A stretch of DNA of 48,052 nucleotides from an uncultured Clostridia bacterium (GTDB lineage: Bacteria; Bacillota; Clostridia; Oscillospirales; Acutalibacteraceae). Shown here piece after piece: positions 46,721 to 48,052 of this stretch. The translations under genes and the position numbers were made by a program. The number at the start of each line of letters is the position of its first letter. The stretch's first letter is position 1. The notes under the pieces were generated by a model. The model ran no database searches and was not told where the DNA came from. It saw nothing but the letters and a program-made list of their open reading frames with translations. Location of the stretch: positions 1 to 48,052 of the forward strand of contig CAMKSB010000001.1 in the NCBI GenBank assembly GCA_946415335.1, in the 5' to 3' direction.

Positions 46721-47886
46721 ATCAGGAATTCCATTATTACGCAACATACTGCGCAGCGATTCTCGCCGGCTACTCCCATCAGGAAAGCGAAGCCATAGGC
46801 TACAGCGCCTGTATGGTCGATTTTTGCACCGGTACGCTGCTGTCAAAACTGAACGCGCCATTAAATGCGGCGACTACGCAGACGCAGATCGAACTGGTGG
46901 ACGCATGGACGGATACGATCGGTCTGCAGGATATCACACGGATTTGGTCGTCGTTCCACTTTCTCCCCGCCGATCTGTACGCGCAGCCGAAAAAACGCTG
47001 CTCCAAAAAATACCGTCAAAAATACCGCCTGATCTGCGGTCCGAACGGTGAACTGCTCGAAAAGACAGTCAAACTGGCAAAGGATAAGGATCTGCAAGCG
47101 GTGGGAATCGCCATGCATGTGCTGGCAGACACCTGGGCGCACCGGTATTTTGCCGGAACACCGTCGCTGGTGATCAACAACACCAACTCGTATTTCTTTG
47201 AACTATTTCAGGACGGCGATACCTTCACCGAGAAAAAAATCACCTTCCGTCACAGCGCCACGACGCCCGACGACCTCGACCAGAGTATTTATACCTGCAG
47301 CATCAACTACAACAGTGAAAAATCCATTATGGTGCTCGGTCACGGAAGAGCCGGTCATCTTCCCGATTACAGCTTTGTGCGCTACAAATACCTCCCTGCA
47401 TGGGGAGAATACGAGGAGATCATCAAGGATAATCCGTCGGATTTCCGTCACGCCTTTTGTCAAATGGTTTACGCGATGAAATATCTGCGCGGCGATCGTA
47501 CAGAATTTGTCTGCGGTCAGTATGACGAGGAAGCGGTCGCGCCGTATTCCGAGCAGCTGGACATGATCCTCCAAAAACGGCAGCTGGACGCTGCGGCAGA
47601 CTGGAAAGCCTTCGCCAAGGCGCTCTCCGGCACAGAGCCGGAGCCGTTCTCCATAGAACGCCATCAAGAGGAATACCTCCGGGCTGATGAAGCAGAAAAA
47701 CTTGACACCTTCCTTGGCAAGTACTTCGTTGCCGCCATGGCGCAAAAAAGCATGGTGACGCACAACATTTACAACTCCGGCAACATGCTCGCCGGATACT
47801 CGGTAGAGTATGACGGCAAAGGATTCCGCGGTATCCGGGATTTCCGTATGCTGCTTCACAGAAACAAGGGAGGAAACAGGTCATGA
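46717..47886 (+). CDS. DUF6765-like protein, His/Asp-rich putative metallohydrolase
   Basis: EFHYYATYCAA.LAG, FHFLP, HVLADTWAH and GHGRAGHLPD motifs; GGAGG RBS. Confidence 0.7.
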   Translation: MNQEFHYYATYCAAILAGYSHQESEAIGYSACMVDFCTGTLLSKLNAPLNAATTQTQIELVDAWTDTIGLQDITRIWSSFHFLPADLYAQPKKRCSKKYRQKYRLICGPNGELLEKTVKLAKDKDLQAVGIAMHVLADTWAHRYFAGTPSLVINNTNSYFFELFQDGDTFTEKKITFRHSATTPDDLDQSIYTCSINYNSEKSIMVLGHGRAGHLPDYSFVRYKYLPAWGEYEEIIKDNPSDFRHAFCQMVYAMKYLRGDRTEFVCGQYDEEAVAPYSEQLDMILQKRQLDAAADWKAFAKALSGTEPEPFSIERHQEEYLRADEAEKLDTFLGKYFVAAMAQKSMVTHNIYNSGNMLAGYSVEYDGKGFRGIRDFRMLLHRNKGGNRS

Positions 47887-48052
47887 ACAAGTTTCAGCGA
47901 ATCAAAGAGATCGTGTTCGGCGTCGCCCTGATCGCGCTTGCCGTCCTGTTGGCGATGATCCCGGAAGACAGCATTCTGGTGGTGGCTTTCATTATCAGCT
48001 TGTCGCTGCTGATCTACGGCGCGCGCCTGATGTGGTATTACTTTTCGATGGC
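47883..48052 (+). CDS. Hypothetical membrane protein, partial (runs off the window)
   Basis: MNKFQRIKEIVFGVALIALAVLLAMIPEDSILVVAFIISLSLLIYGARLMWYYFSM; ATGA overlap and GGAGG RBS. Confidence 0.7.
   Translation, partial: MNKFQRIKEIVFGVALIALAVLLAMIPEDSILVVAFIISLSLLIYGARLMWYYFSM

Overview
A 48 kb core-chromosome segment of a spore-forming Clostridia bacterium. It is most likely an Oscillospiraceae/Ruminococcus bromii-like gut or rumen organism, inferred from a 'DATLIQ'-type dockerin and the gene content. Most genes are on the minus strand. Contents include a purE-purF-purM-purN-IMP cyclohydrolase-purH(AICARFT)-purD operon, nfeD/SPFH, secG, a pyrE-radC-uvrB-type IIA topoisomerase B/A run, proC, pcrA, tRNA-Ser(GGA), radical SAM genes, a MATE pump and flavoproteins. 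Four dispersed mother-cell sporulation loci are present: bofA, spoIIM, a Cys-rich putative coat protein, and spoIVFA-like/spoIVFB. I saw no integrase, transposase, prophage or CRISPR array. The most notable signal is that all four sporulation loci have a sigmaE/sigmaK-type promoter overlapping one arm of an inverted repeat whose other arm is the gene's ribosome-binding site or a terminator, which suggests an insulator against read-through transcription. Other points of interest: a candidate anti-SD small RNA or leader; a secreted GH24 lysozyme with an SH3b domain inserted in its catalytic domain; a DUF5685 / cysteine-string J-protein operon; a motif-degenerate PurF; a catalytically dead beta-lactamase-fold lipoprotein; and a dockerin-bearing GH53. 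All family calls come from motif recognition, not database searches.
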